DNA from: Bacillota bacterium
Lineage (GTDB): Bacteria; Bacillota; Sulfobacillia; Fermentithermobacillales; Fermentithermobacillaceae
Assembly (NCBI GenBank): GCA_050952125.1
Contig: JBMNKK010000003.1
Location: forward strand, 7,952-71,951
Direction of reading: 5' to 3'
Length of the DNA: 64,000 bases
Positions 1-8,235 of this stretch are shown piece after piece. Both the position numbers and the translations under genes were made by a program. The notes under the pieces are model-generated. The model made no database searches, was not told the DNA's origin, and saw only the letters and a program-made list of their open reading frames with translations. Position 1 is the first letter of the stretch. Each line of letters starts with the position of its first letter.

Positions 1-150
1 CTGGCATCTACCTATGTTGTAGGAGTTGAGGTCGATAAGGTCGACGATGGCGCCCGCAGAGGTTGAACCTTCTTGGACCGCTCTTCCGCACGCCGCTGTG
101 AGCCCATCCTTGTTCGGGCTGCTTGTCATAACTGCGATCCTGTAACCCAT
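1..150 (-). CDS. Partial gene (5' end in window, continues past position 1): flavodoxin-fold NADPH-dependent FMN reductase / iron-sulfur flavoprotein-like protein. N-terminus reads MGYRIAVMTSSPNKDGLTAACGRAVQEGSTSAGAIVDLIDLNSYNIGRC.
   Basis: Reverse-complement translation starting at ATG (rc of 148-150) with GGAGGA RBS 7 nt upstream (plus 158-163). The MKIxVIxGSPRKDGNT-like N-terminal motif is typical of this family. Not in the ORF track because it is truncated by the window edge. Confidence 0.4.
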   Translation of the reverse strand, partial: MGYRIAVMTSSPNKDGLTAACGRAVQEGSTSAGAIVDLIDLNSYNIGRCQ

Positions 151-350
151 TGAGGATTCCTCCTTGCGTTTCGCTTTTTCCGCCGATAGAAGGCTCACTC
201 TCCGTTTCGGCACTCTGAGCGATTCTCCTCGTCATCAACCAGGTCCAGGGGTGACGATCTCTTACCTGATGCCACCGCCTCGACCAACTGACGGGAGGGA
301 CCGTTTTGGGGAGTGTCAACGCGTCGCCTGTAATGCTTTATGGTCACTCC

Positions 351-379
351 CAAAACCGAAGGGGGCCTTCACGGCCCCC
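351..379 (-). terminator. Rho-independent terminator after malic enzyme gene (GGGGGCC-ttcac-GGCCCCC stem followed by U-tract on minus strand).
   Basis: A 7-bp GC stem at 361-379 and a T-run on the minus strand (plus 351-359 AAAACCGAA), immediately 3' of the minus-strand stop at 427. Confidence 0.5.
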
Positions 380-426
380 TCTCAATTCCAGTGCTCGGAT
401 CCGGTATGACTTCCTATCCTGCTTTC

Positions 427-1629
427 TTACTTGTAGAACTCCTCCGGGTCGATCTCCGCCCTGGCAATGCCTGAATCTATAGCGGCCTTAGCGACCGCTT
501 TCGCGACGGCGGGGCCCACTCTTTTGTCGAAGGGGTCCACGATGATGTAGTCGGGCTTCAGTTCCGAGGGCGACACGAGTCCGGCGATGGCCTTTGCGGC
601 CGCCAGTTTCATCGCTTCGTTGATATCGCTCGCGCGCGCATCGAGAGCGCCCCGCAAGATGCCGGGGAAGGCTAGTACGTTGTTGACCTGGTTGGGATAG
701 TCCGAACGGCCGGTACCGACTACTCTGGCGCCTCCCGCGAGAGCATCCTCAGGGAAGATCTCGGGCACCGGGTTGGCCATGGCGATGACGATGGGATCCT
801 TACCCATCTTCTTGACCATCTCGGTAGTGATCGTGTTCGGGGCTGAGACTCCGATGAGGATATCCGCTCCCACCAGAGCATCCTCAATTGTGCCCTTGAG
901 GCTTCGCCTGTTTCCTCTCCTGGCGGTTTCTTCTTTGAAGGGGTTCATCCCGTCCGGCCTGCTGGCGTAGATAATCCCTCTGCTGTCGCAGACCAGGACC
1001 TCCTGGAATCCTACGTCGATGAGCAGATTGGCTGTTGCGATTCCTGCTGCGCCAGCCCCTGAGACCACTACTCTGGCCGACTCCGCGGTTTTGCCTACCA
1101 CCTTCAGCGCGTTCAAAAGCGCGGCGAGTACCACTACGGCGGTCCCGTGCTGATCGTCGTGGAATATGGGTATGGAGGTTTCCCTCTTGAGGCGCCGCTC
1201 GATCTCGAAACACTTGGGAGCTGCGATATCCTCCAGGTTCACTCCGCCCAACGTGGGTTCAATCCACTTTACGAACTGCACTATCTCGTCTACTTCCTTG
1301 GTCGCGATGCAGAGGGGGAAGGCGTCAACGTCCGCAAAGGCTTTGAAGAGGAGCGACTTACCCTCCATGACGGGTATCGCCCCGCCCGGACCGATATCTC
1401 CGAGCCCCAGCACGGCTGAGCCGTCTGACACCACGCCGATGAGGTTTCTCTTGAGCGTGTACTCATACGCTGCGTCAGGGTTCTTGGCTATCTCCATGCA
1501 GGCTTCCGCCACGCCGGGAGTGTAGGCCAACGAAAGGTCTTTTCTATCCCTGAGAGGCACTTTGCTCTTGACTTCGAGTTTTCCGTGGTTCTTACGGTGC
1601 AGTTCCAACGCTTCATCTCTAAGACTCAC
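427..1629 (-). CDS. NAD(P)-dependent malic enzyme (malate dehydrogenase, oxaloacetate-decarboxylating), about 400-aa two-domain type.
   Basis: Full-length match by eye to bacterial malic enzymes: AYTPGVA, VVSDGSAVLGLGDIGP and GAGAAGIA Rossmann motifs. Confidence 0.9.
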   Translation of the reverse strand: MSLRDEALELHRKNHGKLEVKSKVPLRDRKDLSLAYTPGVAEACMEIAKNPDAAYEYTLKRNLIGVVSDGSAVLGLGDIGPGGAIPVMEGKSLLFKAFADVDAFPLCIATKEVDEIVQFVKWIEPTLGGVNLEDIAAPKCFEIERRLKRETSIPIFHDDQHGTAVVVLAALLNALKVVGKTAESARVVVSGAGAAGIATANLLIDVGFQEVLVCDSRGIIYASRPDGMNPFKEETARRGNRRSLKGTIEDALVGADILIGVSAPNTITTEMVKKMGKDPIVIAMANPVPEIFPEDALAGGARVVGTGRSDYPNQVNNVLAFPGILRGALDARASDINEAMKLAAAKAIAGLVSPSELKPDYIIVDPFDKRVGPAVAKAVAKAAIDSGIARAEIDPEEFYK

Positions 1630-2222
1630 CGTGGATTCCCCCGTTCATAGATGTCGTTGCCTTTGACGTCGATCCCGACTATTGCCGGGAAGTTTTCGAT
1701 CTCCAGCCGGTATATCGCTTCCGGCCCGAGATCGGGGTAGGCGATGAGGTCGGCCTTCTTAACGGTTCCCGATAGGAGCGCTCCGGCGCCGCCGATCGTC
1801 ACGAAGTAAGGGGCGTTGTACTTGGCTATCGCCGACATGACTTCAGCGCTGCGGCGGCCCTTGCCAATGGCCCCGCCCAGTCCTGCCGCCATGAGTCGAG
1901 GTGCGTACGCGTCCATCCTAGTGCTTGTGGTGGGCCCCAATGACCCGATGACCTGCCCGGGAGCGGGCGGGCACGGGCCGGCATAGTAGATTACCTGGTT
2001 TTTCAGCTCAAGAGGCAGCGGGAGCCCCTTATCCAGCGCTTCAACGATCCTTCTGTGAGCCGCGTCTCTCGCTGTGTAGACCACGCCCGACAAGAGGACC
2101 CGGGTCCCCATCGGCAGCGTTCTTGCTGGGTCTGCTGCCCCATCAAAGGGTACGCGAACCGGGATAGCACCCTCCCAGAAAGAGTCTGTCTTAGCCACAG
2201 TCGGCCACCTCCTCGCCTTCAA
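1626..2222 (-). CDS. Class I fumarate hydratase / Fe-S hydro-lyase beta subunit (FumB/TtdB-like).
   Basis: Typical beta-subunit sequence of two-subunit class I fumarase/tartrate dehydratase. Overlaps the upstream alpha subunit by 32 nt and the downstream gene by 4 nt, consistent with operon coupling. Confidence 0.8.
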   Translation of the reverse strand: MKARRWPTVAKTDSFWEGAIPVRVPFDGAADPARTLPMGTRVLLSGVVYTARDAAHRRIVEALDKGLPLPLELKNQVIYYAGPCPPAPGQVIGSLGPTTSTRMDAYAPRLMAAGLGGAIGKGRRSAEVMSAIAKYNAPYFVTIGGAGALLSGTVKKADLIAYPDLGPEAIYRLEIENFPAIVGIDVKGNDIYERGNPR

Positions 2223-3063
2223 GGACTATAGAAGCCCGCCTCGCGGCGTGGCACTGCAAGTTGACGGCGCAAGGCAGCGCGCCAATGTGGGTGGGGTAGG
2301 TCTCGATGTGGACAGCGATGGCGGTCGTCGACCCGCCCAGTCCGGAGGGGCCGATCCCTAGTGCGTTCACTTCGCGTAGTAGGGTTTCTTCTAGTTCTGC
2401 GACTTTTGGATCGGGGTTAGGCGTTCCTACCGGCCGCAGCACTGCCTTCTTTGCGAGATACGCGGCGGTATCCATCATTCCGCCGACTCCTACCCCAACG
2501 ATCAAGGGCGGGCACGCGTTGGCGCCGCCCTTAGCCACGGCGTCTAGAACCATTCTCTTGACTCCTTCCACTCCTGCGGAAGGAGTGAGCATGTTCAGGA
2601 CGCTCATGTTTTCACTGCCGGTGCCTTTGGGGAACACGGTAATCGCCAGGTTCGACCCTGGAACGATCTCCACGTGGATTACCGGTGGAGTGTTGTCGCC
2701 AGTGTTCGACCTGTCGAACAGGGGGTCCTTGACGACTGATTTCCTAAGATAGCCTTCGACATAACCTTCCGCGACGCCCTTCGTGACGGCTTCACGAAGA
2801 TCGCCGCCCACAAGGTGCAGATCCTGGCCCAACTCTAGGAAGACATAGGTCACGCCTGTGTCTTGGCAGATCGGGATCTTCGTTTCCTTGGCGAGGTTGG
2901 CGTTCTTGACTATCGCCCCAAGGACTTCCTTGCCTAACGGGCTGTCCTCTGTCTCGCTTGCTTTCGCAAGAGCGGTCAAGACGTCGTCCGGGAGCCGGGT
3001 GCCGGCTTGGATACACAGATCCCTGACAGCTTTCCGGACTGAATCGACGCATAGAACCTTCAT
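2191..3063 (-). CDS. Class I fumarate hydratase / Fe-S hydro-lyase alpha subunit (FumA/TtdA-like).
   Basis: N-terminal catalytic-domain sequence of Fe-S hydro-lyases (CQDTG motif region). About 290 aa, paired with the adjacent beta subunit. Confidence 0.8.
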   Translation of the reverse strand: MKVLCVDSVRKAVRDLCIQAGTRLPDDVLTALAKASETEDSPLGKEVLGAIVKNANLAKETKIPICQDTGVTYVFLELGQDLHLVGGDLREAVTKGVAEGYVEGYLRKSVVKDPLFDRSNTGDNTPPVIHVEIVPGSNLAITVFPKGTGSENMSVLNMLTPSAGVEGVKRMVLDAVAKGGANACPPLIVGVGVGGMMDTAAYLAKKAVLRPVGTPNPDPKVAELEETLLREVNALGIGPSGLGGSTTAIAVHIETYPTHIGALPCAVNLQCHAARRASIVLEGEEVADCG

Positions 3064-3115
3064 ACAAGAGTCACCTGCTTCCTAGATATGTTTGGCGTGC
3101 GCGGCAACCGGCCGC

Positions 3116-4471
3116 TCACATTTCAAGCATCCGGAAGAGCAGTCCGGCATCTGAGGCATCCTCAATGCTAAAAGTCGCTTTGACGATGGCCTCGGTCTTC
3201 TCCGGACCCAGCCTGTTTCCTGCGAGATTCTGGAACTTGGCCACTAGATCCTCGCGAGCGAGCGGATTCTCCGGATCGCCCTTCCTAAAGAAGTTTTCCT
3301 GCGCGACAGACGTTCCGTTGTTCAGGAACACCTCAACTTTTGTCGGGCGGCACGAAGGGAAGCGCCGGTCATACTCCGGGTCTACAACGATCTCAACCTT
3401 GTTGGCCAGTTCACGGATTACCGGATTGGCGAGGGCCTCCGGTCCCAGGCTTTCGAAGTCGACCCTGCCTGAGACGAGTGCCGTCGCCAAGCAGAAGGGG
3501 GCGCTGAACATCGCTTCAAACGGCGTCGCGGGATTTGGATTCGCGATGAGTCCCAGCGCTTCCGTATAGGTGGAGAGCCTGATGGAGCGCACGTCTTCAG
3601 GAGATATCTTGTACTGTCCGGTGATCTTGAAAAGCGCGTCAATGGGTGAGTGGGTGTGCCCGCATGACGAGTGTACCTTGAAGTTGCTCTCCATGATCTT
3701 GTAGGACTCTCCCAAGCCTTTCGTTAGGGCGTCGATGTTCGGGCTTTTTGACGTGGCCGCGACGAAGCCCTTTTCTCCCTCGAATATGCGGTGCGGGCCT
3801 GTGAACCCTTTGTCCGCCAGGTAGGCCGCCAGCATTCCGTTTAAGGAGGCTTTAGCCGTATGCAGGACTTTGCTCATGGCTTTGTCGTCGAGGAACTGCC
3901 ACAGGCCTGAAGCCTGAGTCCCGGCCGTTCCCAGAGCGTCTGCTATCTTTTCGGCGTCAAGTCCCATGGCCCGTGCCGAAGCGGCCGCTGCCCCAAACGT
4001 GCCTGCCGTCGCTGTTGTGTGCCAAAAAGCGTAGTGTGACTTGCCCGTGGCTTCTCCCGTACGGAGAGCCACTTCGTAACCTGCAATGATGGACAGGAGC
4101 AACTCTCTGCCCGAAAGGTGCCTTTCTTGCGTCAACGCGGCGGCTGCAGGAATCGTGACTACGGCCCCGTGCATAATCGCTTTCTTATGGCCGTCGTCCA
4201 TCTCCGCCGCGTGGGAAAGGGCACCGTTGGCAAACCCGGCCCACAGAGGGGAAGATCCCCCTCTGTGGCCAACGACGGTCGACTCGCCTCCGGAATTCTG
4301 GCTGAGAGCGAAGTCAACCAGGATACCTGCTCCTTTGTTGTCTAGGCCCGCAACGGCGCAGCCGATCCAATCAAGCAGACACCACTTTGCCTTCTCAATG
4401 ACTTCGGCAGGCACTCTGTCGAAGTCAAGGTCGTGTATGAAAGCGGCCAGTTCTTCAGCTATTGGACGCAT
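3116..4471 (-). CDS. MmgE/PrpD family protein (2-methylcitrate dehydratase / cis-aconitate decarboxylase / iminodisuccinate-epimerase family).
   Basis: 451 aa with the family-typical N-terminal region (LDWIGCAVAG...), conserved HAAEMDD and SHYAFWH stretches. Confidence 0.8.
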   Translation of the reverse strand: MRPIAEELAAFIHDLDFDRVPAEVIEKAKWCLLDWIGCAVAGLDNKGAGILVDFALSQNSGGESTVVGHRGGSSPLWAGFANGALSHAAEMDDGHKKAIMHGAVVTIPAAAALTQERHLSGRELLLSIIAGYEVALRTGEATGKSHYAFWHTTATAGTFGAAAASARAMGLDAEKIADALGTAGTQASGLWQFLDDKAMSKVLHTAKASLNGMLAAYLADKGFTGPHRIFEGEKGFVAATSKSPNIDALTKGLGESYKIMESNFKVHSSCGHTHSPIDALFKITGQYKISPEDVRSIRLSTYTEALGLIANPNPATPFEAMFSAPFCLATALVSGRVDFESLGPEALANPVIRELANKVEIVVDPEYDRRFPSCRPTKVEVFLNNGTSVAQENFFRKGDPENPLAREDLVAKFQNLAGNRLGPEKTEAIVKATFSIEDASDAGLLFRMLEM

Positions 4472-5825
4472 TGGCCTTCTCCTCGCAAAGAGATGCCACT
4501 TTCAATGCCACTTCCTCGCACAATCCAAGGTAGTTTGCCGGATCCAGAGCCTTGTCGATTTCCTCAGCCGTCAGGAGCTCTTTGGTTCGCGGGTCGGCCA
4601 AGAGCGCATCCTTCAGGTAGATGTCGTTTTCGAATGCCTTCATAGACAGCTCGTAGACCAACTCGTGTGCGTGCTGCTTTCCAACTTTGTCGGCCAAAGT
4701 GAACATGACGCGTTCCGACAGGAGCAGGCCCTTTAGGATGTCGAGGTTCTTCCTCATCTTCTCGGGCTTCACTTTGAGATTGGCGACGAGATTCTTGCAG
4801 AATCGTACACAGCATCCGGCGTACTGGCAGGTTTCGGGGATGATCGCCCATTCTGTGCGCCACTGGGCGCCGTCGCGCTCATGCTCTTGCTCCATCACCT
4901 GGGTCATCACCGCGGCGTTTCCACGCACCATTTTGGCCATGCTCATAATGACCTCGCAGGTGCCCGGGTTCCGCTTGTGGGGCATTGTGCTGCTGCCCAC
5001 TTTGCCCTCGGTGAACGCCTCCTCGAGCTCGTCGACTTCTGTGGCCTGGAGGTTGAAGATCTCTTGCCCGATTCTGGCACAGGTAGAAGCGGTGAGGGCA
5101 AGTATGGACAGGAACTCAGCGAACCGGTCCCTTGCTGCATGCCAGCAGATAGCCGGTGTCCCAATCCCGAGCGAATCCATCACTTCTTTTTCTACGGCAC
5201 GTCCCAGGTCTCCAAACGAAGCGTAGGACCCAACCGCTCCGGTCATGTTTCCAACGAGGAGCCTGTCCTTGCTCTCTACTAGTCGATCGATGTTGCGCTG
5301 TACTTCATCTAGCCAAACGGCTGCCTTGAACCCGAAAGTAATTGGAAGAGCCTGTTGGCCATGGGTACGTCCGGCAACGGGCGTGTCCTTGTACTTGCGT
5401 ATTAGAGCGATAAGTTCCGTTCGCAGCCCTTCCAGATCTTTGAGGATAATCGCCCTCGCGTCCCTGAGCTGGAGAACCATCGCGGTGTCCCGGATGTCCT
5501 GGGTGGTGGCACCGTAGTGGATGTACTGGCCAAAGTCACCGTCGCAAGCCTTCTCGAGGGACCTTAGGAGAGGCACCAAACTGTGGCCGGTCTTCCTGAT
5601 CCCGGCCCGGACGTCCTCCATGTTGATATACTCGAACTTGGCCTTGCGGCAGATTTCCTCTGCGGCCTCATTTGGAATGATCCCCAGTTTGGCTTCTGCC
5701 TTGGCAAGAGCAGCCTCAACGTCTAGCAGCCTTTGAACGTTGGTTTTTTCATCCCATACTTCTCTCATGTCGTCCGTAGACACGACGTGCTGGAACAAGA
5801 ACGAGTCAATCATGTGCGAACCCAT
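4455..5825 (-). CDS. Fumarate-lyase (aspartase/fumarase class II) superfamily lyase, closest in appearance to adenylosuccinate lyase / 3-carboxy-cis,cis-muconate cycloisomerase.
   Basis: Signature GSSTMPHKRNP (GSSxMPxKxN). 456 aa. AGGAGG RBS (rc of 5833-5838) precedes the ATG at 5825. Confidence 0.8.
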   Translation of the reverse strand: MGSHMIDSFLFQHVVSTDDMREVWDEKTNVQRLLDVEAALAKAEAKLGIIPNEAAEEICRKAKFEYINMEDVRAGIRKTGHSLVPLLRSLEKACDGDFGQYIHYGATTQDIRDTAMVLQLRDARAIILKDLEGLRTELIALIRKYKDTPVAGRTHGQQALPITFGFKAAVWLDEVQRNIDRLVESKDRLLVGNMTGAVGSYASFGDLGRAVEKEVMDSLGIGTPAICWHAARDRFAEFLSILALTASTCARIGQEIFNLQATEVDELEEAFTEGKVGSSTMPHKRNPGTCEVIMSMAKMVRGNAAVMTQVMEQEHERDGAQWRTEWAIIPETCQYAGCCVRFCKNLVANLKVKPEKMRKNLDILKGLLLSERVMFTLADKVGKQHAHELVYELSMKAFENDIYLKDALLADPRTKELLTAEEIDKALDPANYLGLCEEVALKVASLCEEKANASNS

Positions 5826-5881
5826 GGGACCTTCCTCCTAAGTATGTTTTCTCGCCTTCGGCGTTCCCCACACAGTAAGTC

Positions 5882-5897
5882 AAGCAAACTTCATGCC
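5882..5897 (-). promoter_or_regulatory. Sigma-54 (-24/-12) promoter on the minus strand: TGGCAT-gaagt-TTGCT (rc of plus 5882-5897), about 57 nt upstream of the lyase ATG.
   Basis: Seen in sequence. Exact TGGCAY-N5-TTGCW spacing; an EBP gene lies immediately divergent. Confidence 0.55.
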
Positions 5898-6184
5898 ATT
5901 GGGCGCGTGTCCCATTTCTGAAACTCGCACCTTCCCGCACAGAGACCGTTGCTGTATGATGAAAGGTGTCGAATCAGCGCAGGTACGGCTGGAAGAACGG
6001 ATGGTGACCCCAAATTAAAGCGGAATCGGACAGGCTATGGGCCAGGCAGGCGCTTGAACTCGCATCAAAAGCCCTGCACAGAGATATTGGAGTTCTGGAC
6101 CCATCTTTTGATCTCATTTTTGGGACAGGCGCCTTTTCGCCCGACTCCGATACTTCGAAATGGCGTCGTGAGTGCCGGGAAGCA

Positions 6185-7726
6185 GTGAAGAGACATGCGG
6201 GAAAGGCGCGCTTTTCGTCTGAGATCTCGTTTGGTTCGGGCGGGAAGGTGGCGGTTGACCTCCTGGTTCAGCCCGGAGGCTCCATCGTGGTACTGGGGCC
6301 CGCTCCAGATGACGAACAGCACTCGAACGGCAACATGGCGACTATTCTGAGTCTGCTTGGAGAGGCCATCCTCAGACTCAGCACTGAAAATGAGCGCATC
6401 TCCTCCTTTGACGGTCCGGCGGTGATTCTGGAGAAGTCGCTGGACGAGATAGGGGCGGGGTTCATCTTCATAGACCAGGCGGGTCAAGTTCTGGCGAGGA
6501 GCCAGTGGCTTTCCAGCGCCATGCCCGAAGGCAAGACTCTGTACGATATGTTGGATCCAAAGAGCTTGTCGAAACTAGATTTCACTCGCATTTCACGCGC
6601 GACGATTCCCATCTCTCTCAATGGGAACCCGCAGCTCTGCGACGTATCTCTGCTCCCGTTTTCGCTTGCCGGCTCCAGGATCAAGTGGGTCGCGCTCATT
6701 AGGAGGCACGGAGTCCCTGCATCCGCACAGCCGGCCAGCACCGCAGCGACCGGCGCAGATGAGCCGGCACTGGTTGGCAGTTCCCAGGTGGCCCAACGGA
6801 TGAAAACTGAGCTCACCAAGGCGGCCTCAATCGACAGCACAGTATTGCTAACCGGGGAAACGGGGACGGGGAAGAGCCTTGCGGCTCGTTGGATCCACGC
6901 CCGGGGTGCCCGCCGAACAGGACCGTTTGTGGCTGTAAACTGCAGCGCACTCCCTCCGTCACTTATCGAGAGCGAGCTTTTCGGCTACGAAGAGGGGGCC
7001 TTCACGGGTGCAAAGCGAGGCGGGAAACCCGGCAAATTCGAGCTCGCCAACAAAGGGACCATCCTGCTCGATGAAGTAGGCGATCTCCCTTTGGAGATGC
7101 AAGGCAAGCTCTTGCAGGTTCTCGACCTGGGTGAGATCGATAGGATAGGCGGGCGCGAGCCCAAGAAGGTAAATGCCCGGGTTATTGCCGCCACCAACAA
7201 AGACCTATCCGCACAGGTAAAGGCCGGCGCTTTTCGAGCCGACCTCTTCTTCCGCCTTGGCGTCATCTCAATAGAGATACCGGCTCTGCGCGACCGGCTC
7301 GAAGACCTGCCCGACTTGGTGGCGCATTTCATCGAACACCTTGGACAAAAGACGGGAAGAACGGCCCTTAGCATATCGGATGAAGCCCTTGCCCTTCTCC
7401 AGGGATATTCTTGGCCCGGCAACATAAGGGAACTGGCCAATGCGGTGGAGTACGCAATGGTGTTCTGCGAATCTGACACAATAGAGCCTGAACACTTACC
7501 GCTCAGAGTGTCTGCTAACAATGCAATTGAGACAAGGCCCGTCTACAGCCTGGAAGAAGCCGAGCGCAGGGAGATCGCCAAATGTGTCGCCAGCTTTGGC
7601 CTTTCCGAGGAAGGTAAACGCAAGATAGCGGAGGCTCTAGGCGTATCCAGGAGCACAGTCTACAGGAAGCTCAATAAGTACGGGTTTACCGCTGCCCCCA
7701 AGGCGAGTAGGCGGTCTCATAATTGA
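6185..7726 (+). CDS. Sigma-54-dependent transcriptional activator (bacterial enhancer-binding protein): N-terminal sensory region of unknown type, central AAA+ domain, C-terminal Fis-type HTH.
   Basis: Walker A GETGTGKS, GAFTGA motif (EGAFTGA), ESELFG, and a C-terminal HTH (VSRSTVYRKL). The true start may be downstream (e.g. Met at about 6335), because the first 50 aa are atypical. Confidence 0.9.
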   Translation: MKRHAGKARFSSEISFGSGGKVAVDLLVQPGGSIVVLGPAPDDEQHSNGNMATILSLLGEAILRLSTENERISSFDGPAVILEKSLDEIGAGFIFIDQAGQVLARSQWLSSAMPEGKTLYDMLDPKSLSKLDFTRISRATIPISLNGNPQLCDVSLLPFSLAGSRIKWVALIRRHGVPASAQPASTAATGADEPALVGSSQVAQRMKTELTKAASIDSTVLLTGETGTGKSLAARWIHARGARRTGPFVAVNCSALPPSLIESELFGYEEGAFTGAKRGGKPGKFELANKGTILLDEVGDLPLEMQGKLLQVLDLGEIDRIGGREPKKVNARVIAATNKDLSAQVKAGAFRADLFFRLGVISIEIPALRDRLEDLPDLVAHFIEHLGQKTGRTALSISDEALALLQGYSWPGNIRELANAVEYAMVFCESDTIEPEHLPLRVSANNAIETRPVYSLEEAERREIAKCVASFGLSEEGKRKIAEALGVSRSTVYRKLNKYGFTAAPKASRRSHN

Positions 7727-7783
7727 TATCTCATGTCTCAAGCGTGAGACATGCAGACCACAACTCACTCATATTCTCCCGTC

Positions 7784-7804
7784 TCGTAGAACGCGTATCT
7801 ACGA
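7784..7804. promoter_or_regulatory. Inverted repeat TCGTAGA-N7-TCTACGA about 100 nt upstream of the plus-strand sigma-54 promoter; candidate enhancer (UAS) for the EBP.
   Basis: Perfect 7-bp arms seen in sequence. Placement is typical for EBP binding sites. Confidence 0.3.
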
Positions 7805-7887
7805 AACATGCATCGTTCGGCTCCTGATCCTATGTATTAGGCTCGCCAACGCTCCTCTCCAAATTTCCTATCCTCACGATTTCATCT

Positions 7888-7903
7888 CGGCACGCTTCTT
7901 GCT
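7888..7903 (+). promoter_or_regulatory. Sigma-54 (-24/-12) promoter cGGCACG-cttc-TTGCT upstream of the UxaA-type operon.
   Basis: Matches TGGCACG-N4-TTGCW in all positions except the first T. Followed by a GGGAGG RBS (7921-7926) and a GTG start at 7936. Confidence 0.6.
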
Positions 7904-7935
7904 ACATGAGAGGGCGAGAGGGGAGGTGTTCAATC

Positions 7936-8235
7936 GTGGCACATGCCATCGCGCTCAGCGAGAAGGACAACACGGCAACCGCTTTGAGCGATCTTCAAGC
8001 GGGCCTCAGGCCGGTCATTAATGGACCTACTCGATTCCAAGGGATCGAACTGAAAGATGAAATACCGTTTGGCCACAAGTTTGCTTTGGTACCCATCGGC
8101 CTCGGCGAGGAGGTCGTGAAGTACGGCGAGGTCATCGGTATAGCCAGCAAGAGTATCGATGCCGGCGAGTACGTTCACGTTCACAACGTTGTGAGCCGGC
8201 GGGGAAGAGGCGACTTGGAGGTCTCTGAAGCATGA
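7936..8235 (+). CDS. UxaA/GarD-family dehydratase N-terminal SAF-domain small subunit (about 100 aa). The ORF track calls it from 7906, but a GTG at 7936 with an RBS is more likely the start.
   Basis: VVKYGEVIGIASKSIDAGEYVHVHNV matches the SAF/altronate-dehydratase N-terminal motif (…G…IG.A…I..GE.VH.HN). Its stop overlaps the start of the large subunit (ATGA). Confidence 0.7.
   Translation: MAHAIALSEKDNTATALSDLQAGLRPVINGPTRFQGIELKDEIPFGHKFALVPIGLGEEVVKYGEVIGIASKSIDAGEYVHVHNVVSRRGRGDLEVSEA

Noticed and set aside
8-409. ORFs 8-319 (minus) and 164-409 (plus) from the track.
   Set aside because: They have no RBS, unusual composition and overlap each other. The minus-strand frame with the RBS and flavoprotein-like N-terminus (1-150) is the better explanation.
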